From: Candidatus Cryosericum sp.
GTDB taxonomy: Bacteria > Caldisericota > Caldisericia > Cryosericales > Cryosericaceae
Direction of reading: 5' to 3'
DNA: 13,780 bases
Assembly: GCA_049699855.1 (NCBI GenBank)
Contig: JBNAWM010000034.1
Coordinates: 1 to 13,780, forward strand
Numbering within the stretch: the first letter of the stretch is position 1; every line of letters starts with the position of its first letter. Both the position numbers and the translations under genes were made by a program. The notes under the pieces were generated by a model. It searched no databases. It worked only from the letters and a program-made list of their open reading frames with translations, and was not told the origin of the DNA. Below, piece after piece: positions 1 to 7,642 of the stretch.

Positions 1-2526
1 CAGACAGCGCGGCAGGTAGATGTCAAAGGTGGCCCCATGGTCGCCTGCGGGTCCATTGCGGGAAGATGCCACGATCCACCCTCCAGCCTGCTTGACCGCT
101 CCATACACGATCGACAGCCCCAGTCCCGTGCCAGTCCCGAACGGCTTGGTGGTGTAGAAGGGCTCGAAGAGATGCGGCATGGCTTCGGGCAGAATCCCTG
201 GGCCTGTATCCGTGAAGGTAAGCCGGACAAACTCCCCTGTGCGCGCAAACGGCTGATCGCGGAGGTATGCCTCGTCCACAACTTCGTTCCTCGTGCGTAT
301 CGTCAGGGTCCCGACGCCATCCATGGCATCGCGCGCATTGACAGCCAGGTTGAGCACGATCTGCGTCACCTGGGACTGGTCCATCAGAACCGTCCAGTCG
401 CTCTCCTGGTCGTCACGCACGACCTGCATGGTCGCCGGCAGCGACTGTTTGAGCATTGCCACGCTCACATCCAGTGCAGCCGCCATGCGCATGGGTACCG
501 GCAGAACAACGGCATTGCGGCCAAAGGTCAGCAGTCCCTTTGTCAGATTGGCAGCCTGACGGGCTGCCTCCTCCACTGCAGCAGCATTCTCCTGCAGTGC
601 ATCCTCTGGCGGCAGGTCCGTACGAATGATGGCCATGTTGCCTAAGATACCCGTCAGCAGGTTGTTGAAGTCATGGGCGACACCGCCCGCCAGCTGACCG
701 ATCGCCTCCATCTTCTGCGCCTGGCGCAGCTGCGCCTCGGCCCGCATGCGCTCGGTGATATCCTCGATCATGCACAGGTGAACAGGACCCTCCTGGATCG
801 GCAGAGGGAACGAGGCAATTGTCATGCTGACCCAGACGATGCTGCCATCGGGCCGGATAAACCGCTTGTCCATCTGGAACCGGGGTATTTTCCCCGCAAC
901 GAGCAGAGCCGTCTGTTCCAAGTCCTTGCCGATGTCCTCCGGATGCGTCAGGCCCATCCAGTCTGTCCCGACCAGTTCTTCCACCGGCCGGCCAAGAATC
1001 TGTGCGAAAATCGGGTTCAGCGCCTGGATCTTGCCGGTCAGAGAGTCCGTCAATGCTATGCCAAGCGGTGACTCGTCAAAAATGGTTTTGAAGCGGGCCT
1101 CGCTCTCCCGAAGGGCATCCTCCGCACGCTTGCGCTCTGTGATCTCCCGCGCGATGCCCAGCGTTCCAGCGATGGCTCCATCCGGCGTGCGCAGGGCAAC
1201 CTTCTTGGTGAGGAAGGTGCGCAGCTTGCCATCGACCCCGACTGCCGTGAACTCGCCCTCACGGACGCCGTCGCGGATGGCCTTCTGGTCATCAGCCACG
1301 TAGGCGGCGGCTATCTCAGCGGGAAAACACTCGGCATCCGTCCTGCCCACCACGTCGCGGTACCGGGCAGGATCGACAAACTTGAACGCCTCATTGGCCG
1401 CCACGTACCGCCCTTCAGTGTCCTTAATCCACATCGGATCCGGCGAGGCCTCCAGAAATTGCTGCCATTGCAGTTGGGCAAACCGCAGGCGCTCCTCCTC
1501 CTGCTTGTGTGCTGTCGTCTCATGCAGTACCAGCAGATAGCCTGCCAGTGTCCCGCTGCGCTGCCGCAAGGACTGGACCACCAGGTCAAAGCTCCGCGTT
1601 GCAGGACCAGCCGCAATCTCGACTTCGCGCCTTCCCATCGTGGCAGACAGGCGGACGGCCTCTTTCAGCTCCGGCAGTACCTCAGCGACGGGCTTGCCCA
1701 CGGTCTGCTCTTGAGAAGCGGAAGCCAGGGCTGATGCCGCCCGGTTGAGGTACGCGACCCTTTCACCGCCGTCCAGCAGGATTACCGCGTCGGAGGCATT
1801 CTCCATGAGCGCGTCCCGACCCAGCGCAACGATATCCCGCGCCCTGAAATGATACAAGTCAACGATCATGGCCATTCCAAACGCCATGAACCCCACCGGC
1901 CCGAGGTCCATGCCGTGCAGAGCATCAAGATGCAGAAGATAGGTCAGATTGCCAAGAATGCCCAAGGCAATCCCCGTCACCATGACCGCCATCTGACCCT
2001 CATAGAGAAGACCGGCGCGCGCCAGATATCCGATCAGGATGCCTCCACTCACCATGAGCAGGGTATAGGTGTAGGCGAGATATGCCCAGAACAGGGGTCC
2101 ATAGGTCTTCTGCAGAACCATCGCTCCGTCTGCAGCGCGCATGAGGCTTATGGAGGGCCAAAACAGATGGTGGGTTCCGTTCGTCCAGACAGCCAGCAGT
2201 GTGAGCAGGGGCACCACAGCCAGCAGAATGGGCAGCCAGCGCAGACGCCGGAGTGTAATATGCGCATACTGACACGCGCAGACAATACCGGCCGCCGGCA
2301 TGGTGACGATTCCAATGAACTCGAGGCGCAGGGCATCCGTCACCCCGGGAACCGACGCCGCAGAGATCTCAAAGGATGAGCCAAGCGCATAGAGCGCCGC
2401 GCCCGCCATCATGACGCCAAAAGCAAACGCTCCCTCAACCGCCCTCCGCCGCCAGCCAAGGTAGGCCAGGACGACACATGCGCCTGCCACCCAGATCAGT
2501 GCTGAACTGTACCATCCGCTCTGCAT
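1..2526 (-). CDS. Sensor histidine kinase: N-terminal 7TM region, three PAS/PAC domains, HisKA, HATPase_c (3' end outside window)
   Basis: Hand translation from ATG at 2526 (SD GAGG upstream): MQSGWYSSALIWVAGACVVLAYLGWRRRAVEGAFAFGVMMAGAALYALGSSFEIS (HisKA_7TM-like). H-box QKMEAIGQLAGGVAHDFNNLLTGILGN (~640-720), N-box QIVLNLAVNARDAM, then TDTGPGI, LFEPFYTTKPFGTGTGLGLSIVYG, and GATFDIYLPRCL at the edge. Start and end are in the same frame; absent from the track, consistent with no stop inside the window (842 codons). Confidence 0.93.
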   Translation of the reverse strand, partial: MQSGWYSSALIWVAGACVVLAYLGWRRRAVEGAFAFGVMMAGAALYALGSSFEISAASVPGVTDALRLEFIGIVTMPAAGIVCACQYAHITLRRLRWLPILLAVVPLLTLLAVWTNGTHHLFWPSISLMRAADGAMVLQKTYGPLFWAYLAYTYTLLMVSGGILIGYLARAGLLYEGQMAVMVTGIALGILGNLTYLLHLDALHGMDLGPVGFMAFGMAMIVDLYHFRARDIVALGRDALMENASDAVILLDGGERVAYLNRAASALASASQEQTVGKPVAEVLPELKEAVRLSATMGRREVEIAAGPATRSFDLVVQSLRQRSGTLAGYLLVLHETTAHKQEEERLRFAQLQWQQFLEASPDPMWIKDTEGRYVAANEAFKFVDPARYRDVVGRTDAECFPAEIAAAYVADDQKAIRDGVREGEFTAVGVDGKLRTFLTKKVALRTPDGAIAGTLGIAREITERKRAEDALRESEARFKTIFDESPLGIALTDSLTGKIQALNPIFAQILGRPVEELVGTDWMGLTHPEDIGKDLEQTALLVAGKIPRFQMDKRFIRPDGSIVWVSMTIASFPLPIQEGPVHLCMIEDITERMRAEAQLRQAQKMEAIGQLAGGVAHDFNNLLTGILGNMAIIRTDLPPEDALQENAAAVEEAARQAANLTKGLLTFGRNAVVLPVPMRMAAALDVSVAMLKQSLPATMQVVRDDQESDWTVLMDQSQVTQIVLNLAVNARDAMDGVGTLTIRTRNEVVDEAYLRDQPFARTGEFVRLTFTDTGPGILPEAMPHLFEPFYTTKPFGTGTGLGLSIVYGAVKQAGGWIVASSRNGPAGDHGATFDIYLPRCL

Positions 2527-2607
2527 GCCATTCCTCTTCTCTCAAACACTTCCGTCCATCCGCCGCGGCACAGCCATCTCGTTCTGTGCCGACTCCTCGA
2601 TGAGTTG

Positions 2608-2636
2608 ATGATAGGTCTCTTTGTCAATCCATGCAA
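2608..2636 (-). promoter_or_regulatory. Putative sigma70-type promoter of the kinase gene
   Basis: Minus strand TTGCAT (2636-2631), 17 bp spacer, TATCAT (2613-2608), just downstream of the fprA hairpin. Confidence 0.45.
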
Positions 2637-2638
2637 GA

Positions 2639-2661
2639 ACCCCCGGCCTGAAGCCGGGGGT
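2639..2661 (-). terminator. GC-rich hairpin, likely terminator of marR-fprA
   Basis: Perfect 9-bp stem ACCCCCGGC/GCCGGGGGT with 5-nt loop, 30 nt after the fprA stop; weak U tail (TCTT) on the minus strand. Confidence 0.6.
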
Positions 2662-2691
2662 CGTCTGAAACATATTCAGCAGCGATTGAAA

Positions 2692-3867
2692 CTACCGCAG
2701 GCCAGCCTCGCGATGCTTTGCCGCAATAGTCTCTGCAAGAACGTCGACCGCCTCCATGTCCGCTGCGCGCGGGTCACCCTTTGCCAGAACGGGCGTAAGG
2801 AGCTCGGCCTTGAGAGGCGCGATCAGCCCTCCAAGGACATCGACGATGCGCTGTCCCCAGCCGTAGGAGCCGATGATGGATACAAACTGCGCCTTGGGCC
2901 GAAGCACTCCCGCCAGGTAGGCAATCTCGATCGTCTTTGGATGCGGTCCGGTGAGCACGGCTGGCGTACCGATGACGATCGTCCCGGCATCAACCAGCGA
3001 CATGGCGATATTCCCGATGTCCGAGATCGTCAGGTCAAAGCGTTCGACTTCGACGCCAAGGTCGGCCAGAGACGCCGTCAGGTGATCCACCATCTTGAGC
3101 GTACTGCCGTGCATGGAGATGAAGGGAATGACGACCTTGTTGTGGGGCGGACTGCCCGCCCACTCGCGATACGCGTCCATGATATAGGCCGGACCCTGAT
3201 AGACGGGCCCATGGCTGGGGCAGATCATGTCAATCTGCAAACCCGCAAGCTTGTCGAGATTCTTGAGGATGAAGCCGCGGAACGGCATCATGATCTCGGC
3301 ATAGTAGCGCTTTGCGCCAGGCATCACAAGTTCCTTGTCTGCGAATATCCCGGACTGGGCTCGGTGTGATCCAAAGAAGTCGCACGAAAACAGGATGTGT
3401 TCCTCTTCGAGGTATGTCCCCATCGTCTCGGGCCAGTGCACCCAGGGCAGGTAGATGAACCGCAGCGTCCTGTTCCCCAGTGAAAGCGTTTCGCCGTCGG
3501 CCACGATCCTGAACCGGTCTGTGGGAATGTCCACCAGTTCCTGCAGCAGCTCCTTTGCCTTGGCATTAGTCACCACCACGGCTTCAGGATAGCGGGCAAG
3601 CACGGCGGGGATCGAACCGCTGTGGTCCTGCTCGGCATGCTGAGCAATCAAGTAGTCCAGATGGTCCACTGCGTCAAGCTGTGCCATCAGCTCGTCCAGC
3701 TTTGCGGGGTCCGCGGCATCCAGCAATGCGGTCTTCTCGCTTCCGCGTATGAGATAGGCACTATACGTCGTCCCCTGTGGAAGGGGAATCAACGCATCGA
3801 ACAGGGTCCGGTCCCAGTCGACCGCTCCCATGAGCGTCACATCAGGCGTTATAGCTCGTGCATTCAT
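2692..3867 (-). CDS. fprA: Flavodiiron protein (A-type flavoprotein; metallo-beta-lactamase + flavodoxin domains), O2/NO reductase family
   Basis: 391 aa. GTTYSAYLI, diiron motif HAEQDHSG, WVHWPETM, FSCDFFG, ICPSHGP, flavodoxin FMN loop SMHGST, GSYGWG. No fused rubredoxin domain. SD GAGG. Confidence 0.95.
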   Translation of the reverse strand: MNARAITPDVTLMGAVDWDRTLFDALIPLPQGTTYSAYLIRGSEKTALLDAADPAKLDELMAQLDAVDHLDYLIAQHAEQDHSGSIPAVLARYPEAVVVTNAKAKELLQELVDIPTDRFRIVADGETLSLGNRTLRFIYLPWVHWPETMGTYLEEEHILFSCDFFGSHRAQSGIFADKELVMPGAKRYYAEIMMPFRGFILKNLDKLAGLQIDMICPSHGPVYQGPAYIMDAYREWAGSPPHNKVVIPFISMHGSTLKMVDHLTASLADLGVEVERFDLTISDIGNIAMSLVDAGTIVIGTPAVLTGPHPKTIEIAYLAGVLRPKAQFVSIIGSYGWGQRIVDVLGGLIAPLKAELLTPVLAKGDPRAADMEAVDVLAETIAAKHREAGLR

Positions 3868-3906
3868 GAAAACCTCCTCTCATTAGTATGTGTTTCAGGC
3901 AACACA

Positions 3907-4329
3907 TCAGTGCAGTCCGGCAACGGCCTTCTCCAGCATTTCCACAAGCGCATCCTGTTCGTCCTCGGTCAACAGCGCCAGCATGCTCTCTACCTTGGCA
4001 GCCCTCAGCGCACGAGCCTTGGAAGCGATCCGGCGACCCTGCGGCGAGAGATAGAGGCACACCGCCCGCTGGTCGTCGGGATCGGCGTCCCGCAGAACCA
4101 GCCCCATGCTCTCCAGCCGACGCACCCCGATACTAATCGTCGGAGCAGTCAATTCAAGGCGCTTGGCAGTGTCCTGCACCCGACACCCCGGATGCTCAGA
4201 AAGCGAAAGCAGGAGCCCAAGCTGGGACTCGGTGAGCCCGCCAACTTTTTGCGGATCATCGACTTCCCAGTAGCTCCTCAACTGCTCCAGTACCTGTTCC
4301 ATGCGCTTGGTCTTCGTCATCTGTCTCAT
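3907..4329 (-). CDS. MarR-family transcriptional regulator
   Basis: 140 aa. GLTESQLGLLLSL, HTH AKRLELTAPTISIGVRRLESMGLV, wing DPDDQRAVCLYLSPQG. 39 bp upstream of fprA on the same strand. Confidence 0.92.
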   Translation of the reverse strand: MRQMTKTKRMEQVLEQLRSYWEVDDPQKVGGLTESQLGLLLSLSEHPGCRVQDTAKRLELTAPTISIGVRRLESMGLVLRDADPDDQRAVCLYLSPQGRRIASKARALRAAKVESMLALLTEDEQDALVEMLEKAVAGLH

Positions 4330-4341
4330 TGTGGTTCCCCC

Positions 4342-4385
4342 TTACTTTGATAAGCTAATAGTAAAGAGGATTCAGGCTCAGTCAA
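4342..4385 (-). promoter_or_regulatory. marR promoter with overlapping imperfect palindrome (candidate operator)
   Basis: Minus strand TTGACT (4385-4380), 16 bp, TACTAT (4363-4358). AT-rich dyad TTACT-N13-AGTAA at 4342-4364 covers the -10 and start region. Confidence 0.55.
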
Positions 4386-4609
4386 GAGTCTGTCGGTAAA
4401 GATATCAAGGAGAACGGGGCACACGTGATTCTGGTTGGCGCTGTCAGACCCTGAGAAGCGCCACCACCCCTTACGCTCCGCATTTCGAGGTCGCCATACA
4501 GGTATACTTGCAATACCGCCTTTCCCCTGTATACCTAAGGAACACAAAGAAAGCGCGCGTACTGGACTGCTGGGTTCGAGGTGCGGCTGCGCAAAAGGGG
4601 TGGTCAGCC

Positions 4610-5320
4610 ATGAAGACAATCGGACTTATCGGCGGCATGAGTTGGGAGTCATCAGCCGAATACTACAGGATCCTTAATGAAGAGACAAAAAGGCGGCTTG
4701 GAGGGCTGCATTCTGCCGAGCTGGTCATGTACAGCGTTGACTTTGAACCGATTGGGAAACTTCAGCATCTGGGAGACTGGCAGGCATTGAGTGGGGTCAT
4801 GATCACGGCGGCTCAGAGAGTCGAGTCGGCCGGTGCGCAGGTACTGCTTGTTTGCACCAACACCATGCACAAGTTCGCGGACGAGATCCAGGCAAACATC
4901 CACATTCCGCTGCTGCACATCGCCGATGCCACAGCACTGGCCATCTCCGCCAGACAACCCGGGGTGAAGACGGTAGGATTGCTGGGGACGCGGTTTACCA
5001 TGGAACAGGACTTCTACAAGAGCAGACTCGCTGAGCACGGCCTTGACGTGGTTGTTCCCGAACTTGGAGACCGGCAGATTGTTCACGACATCATCTATCA
5101 TGAACTGGTTCTCGGAATGGTACGCGAGGAGTCCCGGCGCTCAATGCTTCAGGTCATTCAGCGATTGGTCCAGGCGGGCGCGCAAGGCATCATCCTGGGA
5201 TGTACCGAGATACCTTTGCTTATCCACCAGGGCGATACCCCGGTACCAGTCTTCGACACCACAAGGATCCATGCAGAAAGGGCAGTCGATCTGGCACTGG
5301 GCGAGAAAACCCCGGATTGA
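4610..5320 (+). CDS. Aspartate/glutamate racemase family protein (YgeA-like, PLP-independent)
   Basis: Start moved to ATG 4610 (AAGGGG upstream). MKTIGLIGGMSWESSAEYYR, VCTNTMHK, GLLGTRFTMEQDFYK, IILGCTEIPLL; 236 aa. Confidence 0.93.
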   Translation: MKTIGLIGGMSWESSAEYYRILNEETKRRLGGLHSAELVMYSVDFEPIGKLQHLGDWQALSGVMITAAQRVESAGAQVLLVCTNTMHKFADEIQANIHIPLLHIADATALAISARQPGVKTVGLLGTRFTMEQDFYKSRLAEHGLDVVVPELGDRQIVHDIIYHELVLGMVREESRRSMLQVIQRLVQAGAQGIILGCTEIPLLIHQGDTPVPVFDTTRIHAERAVDLALGEKTPD

Positions 5321-5391
5321 CTGTCCGTGCCGTTGATGTATGCTTTGAGTGTAGGTGTGAGCCCACGCTACGCCATGGACAGGGGGTCTGT

Positions 5392-5646
5392 ATGAGCAGG
5401 AGAAAGGCAAATGAACTCTTGGTGGCGATGATTGCTGTCGCCTGCACAGCAGTCATGGCCATTCTGCTCTGGCGTTTCGGAACACGCAGTGACTATTGGG
5501 GCGTGCTGGTCCCTGCTCTGTTTGTTGTCTTCTACATCAGCTGGCGCTCGGCAAGCAGTGCGAAGGAGTCATCATCAGCCATCCCCTATTCCATTCTTAT
5601 GGTGCTGGTATCGGGGCTTGTCCTGCTGCTGGACCTCAAATTCTGA
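5392..5646 (+). CDS. Small hypothetical membrane protein (84 aa, ~3 TM helices)
   Basis: ATG 5392 after AGGGGG. Hydrophobic runs LLVAMIAVACTAVMAILLW, GVLVPALFVVFYISW, IPYSILMVLVSGLVLLL. Confidence 0.7.
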   Translation: MSRRKANELLVAMIAVACTAVMAILLWRFGTRSDYWGVLVPALFVVFYISWRSASSAKESSSAIPYSILMVLVSGLVLLLDLKF

Positions 5647-6155
5647 TGGAGACTCCTGCCGGCGAAGTTGTCCTGCTTGCATGCCAGGCGCTTGAGCGCC
5701 AGACGGCCTTCAAGTCAATGGAGCGGACGCTCCTGCTCACTGCGGCGCATATCATTGTTGCGCCCTTTGATCGGGAGAAACTTCGGCGCGTCCGCGACGC
5801 ACGTGTTGCGGAAGCAAGGGCGCAGGGTGCCAGCCGATTTCAGCAAATGTGGTGTGGCGCACAGGCTCCATTTGCGCTCATTGACAGCTACCCAGGCATG
5901 ACGATCGAGACGGTGCAGACAGAGCTTCCTGCTGCGCGCCTGCTCGGCGACGATGATATCGACGAGATTGACTTTCTTCCGGGTGCAGCCCCGGCCCGCT
6001 CGAGACAGCATTCGCCCAGCGTTCCCCCGCACAAGCTGGTGCTCATGATGCCCAAGGAGACGATTTCTCTGCAGGTGGATGGTCACACCGACCCGCGCGA
6101 ACTACGGCGGCTTCTGCGGGACATCGTCCATGGCAAAATTGTTGGCACTGACTGA
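5646..6155 (+). CDS. Hypothetical soluble protein (169 aa)
   Basis: ATG overlaps the upstream stop (TGATG, 5644-5648), typical translational coupling. METPAGEVVLLACQALERQ...LLRDIVHGKIVGTD. No family recognised. Confidence 0.65.
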   Translation: METPAGEVVLLACQALERQTAFKSMERTLLLTAAHIIVAPFDREKLRRVRDARVAEARAQGASRFQQMWCGAQAPFALIDSYPGMTIETVQTELPAARLLGDDDIDEIDFLPGAAPARSRQHSPSVPPHKLVLMMPKETISLQVDGHTDPRELRRLLRDIVHGKIVGTD

Positions 6156-6269
6156 GCCGTTCGTCAACTTCTGGCACCACAGATTACGGAGGCCTCACAA
6201 GTGCTCACGGGAAGGCTTTGCGGGCTCCTGCTCCGTGAACAACGCATGAATCCTGACATAGTTCGGAAG

Positions 6270-6297
6270 TTGACATAGTTGAAAGGTTTGCTATACT
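6270..6297 (+). promoter_or_regulatory. Near-consensus sigma70/sigmaA promoter of the MFS-DUF362 unit
   Basis: TTGACA (6270-6275), 16 bp, extended -10 TG-C-TATACT (6289-6297). Confidence 0.75.
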
Positions 6298-6304
6298 AAT
6301 AACA

Positions 6305-6380
6305 GAAAAAGGTGGCCTCGCGCGGAACATGGCTCGCGTTCATGGCGGACTCGTCTGCTCGCTTCGAGGTTGCCTTTTTC
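6305..6380 (+). promoter_or_regulatory. Structured 5' leader (16-bp closing stem with internal hairpins)
   Basis: GAAAAAGGUGGCCUCG (6305-6320) pairs with CGAGGUUGCCUUUUUC (6365-6380) using three G-U pairs. Internal GAAC/GUUC and GCGGA-CUCG-UCUGC hairpins. Confidence 0.5.
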
Positions 6381-6406
6381 GCATATCCAGGGAGAGATGA
6401 ACGACG

Positions 6407-7594
6407 ATGAATCCTTTACGAAAAGCTCTGCTTGCAATCTCCGGTGGTCACTTCCTTGTCGAATGGTACGCCGCCTTCCTTCCCATTCTGGTCCCCGTTT
6501 TCCGCACCCGTCTGGGATTTTCTCTTGGGGCTGCGGCGGCACTGGGCGCCAGTCTGCCCATCGTCTCGGGCCTCGTACAAACAGTCTTTGGTCTGCTCTC
6601 CGACCACATGCGGCACGCCAATGCTCTGGTTATCGCGTCCTCCGTCCTCTCCGCCATTTCGCTGGCTCTCCTTCCGCTGGCTCGCAGTTTTGGTTGGCTT
6701 CTGCTCATCTTCACCACCATCGCCCTCTCGCTGGCGATGTTCCACCCGCAGGGAGCCGCTGGCACCAGTCAGCTCTCGTCCACCAACAAGGGACGGTTCA
6801 TGTCCGTCTTCAACTTTGGCGGGTCCATGGGATCCTTTGTTGGATCGCTGGTCGTCATTCCTCTCCTGGGACTCCTGCACCTCGAGCGGTTCTGGATCCT
6901 GGCCCTTCCCGGTCTTGGTCTGGCCCTCTACCAGGCCTTTGCCCTGCCGCGCGAGCAGAGCGCCGAAGGTTCCCCTGCGAACGGAGGAGGCGGCCGCATG
7001 GCGGACAGTCCGGCCTTCAAGGGATATCTGGTGCTGGTTGCCAACTCGACCCTCACCGCCATCGTCTATAATGGAGTGACCATCCTTCTGCCCCTCCTCT
7101 TCCAGGAACTGGGCTTCCTGCCGGGCAAGGCAGGCGTCTATCTGGCTGTCGGCTCGCTGGTAGGGGCCGTTGCCAACGTCATCGGAGCCGAGCTGTCCGA
7201 CCACATCGGCCGCAGGACCATCAACATCATCGGAGCCACCGGCCTGGCGAGCACCCTTGTGATGTTTATCCTGACCGGCTCGACCAGCATTTTCTGGTTT
7301 CCGGCCATGACGCTCTTTGCCAGTTTCACCCTGAGCTCGAACATCGTCTTCGCGCATGAGCTGGTGTCCGGCCATCGCGGCCTGGTATCGGCATCCATCA
7401 TGGGCCTTTCCTGGGGAGTGGGCGGCCTTGTTGTCGTCCTGCTGGGACAGTGGGCACAGCACACCAGCATCCTCTCGTCGTATCACCTGCTGATCGGGGT
7501 AGCCGTTGTGCTGGTTGCGTCCGCGTTCTTCCTGCCAACACGCCACGCCATCAGGGCAGCCTTCTCCACCGTTCCTGTCACCGACCGGGGTTGA
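6407..7594 (+). CDS. MFS transporter (Fsr-like group)
   Basis: 395 aa, ~12 hydrophobic segments. GHFLVEWY, motif-A-like FGLLSDH and LSDHIGRR, AMFHPQG, GRFMSVFNFGGSMGSFVG. SD GGAG. Confidence 0.92.
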   Translation: MNPLRKALLAISGGHFLVEWYAAFLPILVPVFRTRLGFSLGAAAALGASLPIVSGLVQTVFGLLSDHMRHANALVIASSVLSAISLALLPLARSFGWLLLIFTTIALSLAMFHPQGAAGTSQLSSTNKGRFMSVFNFGGSMGSFVGSLVVIPLLGLLHLERFWILALPGLGLALYQAFALPREQSAEGSPANGGGGRMADSPAFKGYLVLVANSTLTAIVYNGVTILLPLLFQELGFLPGKAGVYLAVGSLVGAVANVIGAELSDHIGRRTINIIGATGLASTLVMFILTGSTSIFWFPAMTLFASFTLSSNIVFAHELVSGHRGLVSASIMGLSWGVGGLVVVLLGQWAQHTSILSSYHLLIGVAVVLVASAFFLPTRHAIRAAFSTVPVTDRG

Positions 7595-7642
7595 GTCTGC
7601 GCTCGCTCCTGCTATCCTGTTGACATTGGATAGGGGGAACAG

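Noticed and set aside
37..2379. Plus-strand ORFs 37-645, 673-1071, 1459-1734 and 1849-2379
   Set aside because: Antisense shadows of the histidine kinase, which has all conserved boxes on the minus strand.
4508..5645. Track starts at 4508, 5200 and 5496 (also 9788)
   Set aside because: Upstream extensions lack an SD or overlap other genes; family N-termini and SD or stop-overlap support 4610, 5392, 5646 and 9893.
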